From contig JADKAW010000018.1 in NCBI GenBank assembly GCA_016719055.1, positions 2,015 to 66,014 on the forward strand: 64,000 bases of DNA, in the 5' to 3' direction. Below, one piece after another: positions 63,429-64,000 of the stretch. Under the pieces are notes generated by a model. The model saw only the letters and a program-made list of their open reading frames with translations. It made no database searches and was not told where the DNA came from. The position numbers and the translations under genes are program-made. Source of the DNA: Candidatus Rhodoferax mariagerensis (GTDB taxonomy: Bacteria > Pseudomonadota > Gammaproteobacteria > Burkholderiales > Burkholderiaceae_C). Within the stretch, counting starts at the first letter, position 1; the number at the start of each line of letters is the position of its first letter.

Positions 63429-64000
63429 TCAGACATCACGCAGGGCGATGACGGCACTGCGTGCCCGCGCCAGAAAGTCCTGACGCTCTTCGCCGGGCAG
63501 TACCCGCATTGGCACGCCAAAAGTGACCGAGCACAGCACCGGCACCGGCACCACCTCACCCTTGGGCATGACACGCTGCACATTGTTGATCCAGGCTGGC
63601 ACCAGCTCGACCTCGGGAAACTTGAGCGCCAGGTTGTACAGGCCGGCCTTGAAGGCCTGGGGCTCGTCGGCATAACCACGTGTGCCCTCGGGGAACAGAA
63701 TCAACGAGTCGCCAGCGTTCATGGCCTCAATCAGCGGCTCGAGTGGGTCTTCATCGGCGTGGCGCTCGCGCGAGACATAAATCACGTTGAACACAGCGCT
63801 GGTCAGCCACTGGCGAAACGGCGACTTGGTCCAGTAGTCGCGCGCTGCCACGGCGCGCACGCTGCGGCGCAGCTCCTTGGGTAGTGCCGCCCAGATCATC
63901 ACCAGGTCAGCGTGGCTCTGGTGGTTGGCAAAATAAATGCGCTGCTCGGCCTTGGGCGGACAGCCCCACCAGCGCGCCTGCGAACCGGTCAGCACGCGGA
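63429..64000 (-). CDS. Lysophospholipid acyltransferase (PlsC family), N-terminus probably beyond window end
   Basis: NHQSHAD (HX4D) and FPEGTRG motifs. The reading frame is still open at base 64000. Confidence 0.8.
   Translation of the reverse strand, partial: RVLTGSQARWWGCPPKAEQRIYFANHQSHADLVMIWAALPKELRRSVRAVAARDYWTKSPFRQWLTSAVFNVIYVSRERHADEDPLEPLIEAMNAGDSLILFPEGTRGYADEPQAFKAGLYNLALKFPEVELVPAWINNVQRVMPKGEVVPVPVLCSVTFGVPMRVLPGEERQDFLARARSAVIALRDV

Overview
High-GC chromosomal window, probably a Comamonadaceae-like betaproteobacterium (inferred from gene content). Most of it is housekeeping or metabolic. It holds two divergent small-subunit plus SSS symporter pairs (one is yjcH-actP), a 1429-aa multi-PAS GGDEF-EAL protein ending in a CZB zinc-sensor domain, and a VanX-type dipeptidase. 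Next come an Rrf2 regulator, RNase P RNA (missed by the ORF track), cysK, cca, an OmpR/HK pair, a sugar ABC transporter, GlxA/isochorismatase and a ROK kinase. The rest comprises Dld-II plus lutA-lutC-lutB lactate genes, trxC, folate and tRNA-modification genes, an HD-GYP plus GGDEF-EAL pair, ruvC and phospholipid genes. The standout is 23.1-35.7 kb: six co-directional genes whose products all carry Sec or lipoprotein signals. They encode a DUF4384-like protein, a glycine-zipper lipoprotein, a BON-caspase (peptidase C14, His/Cys dyad intact), a TPR lipoprotein, an 8-Cys mini-protein and a 2806-aa giant protein. The giant protein holds a paralogous copy of the 8-Cys module, Ig-like domains, Gly-rich hydrophobic segments and six 56-aa tandem repeats. 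A G-[AS]-K-D-L-x-x-E motif is shared by the caspase inter-subunit linker and the DUF4384-like protein. A 45-50 bp repeat family (at least 8 copies) lies in-frame inside cca and an FAD protein. Four frameshifts (actP, slt, an AAA/PD-(D/E)XK ATPase, DUF2905) all fall at short mononucleotide runs of 2-7 nt, so they may be assembly indels or true pseudogenes. A decayed accessory patch at 42.3-45.1 kb carries a DUF2791 (BrxD-family) ATPase fragment. I recognised no CRISPR array, tRNA, rRNA, integrase or transposase.
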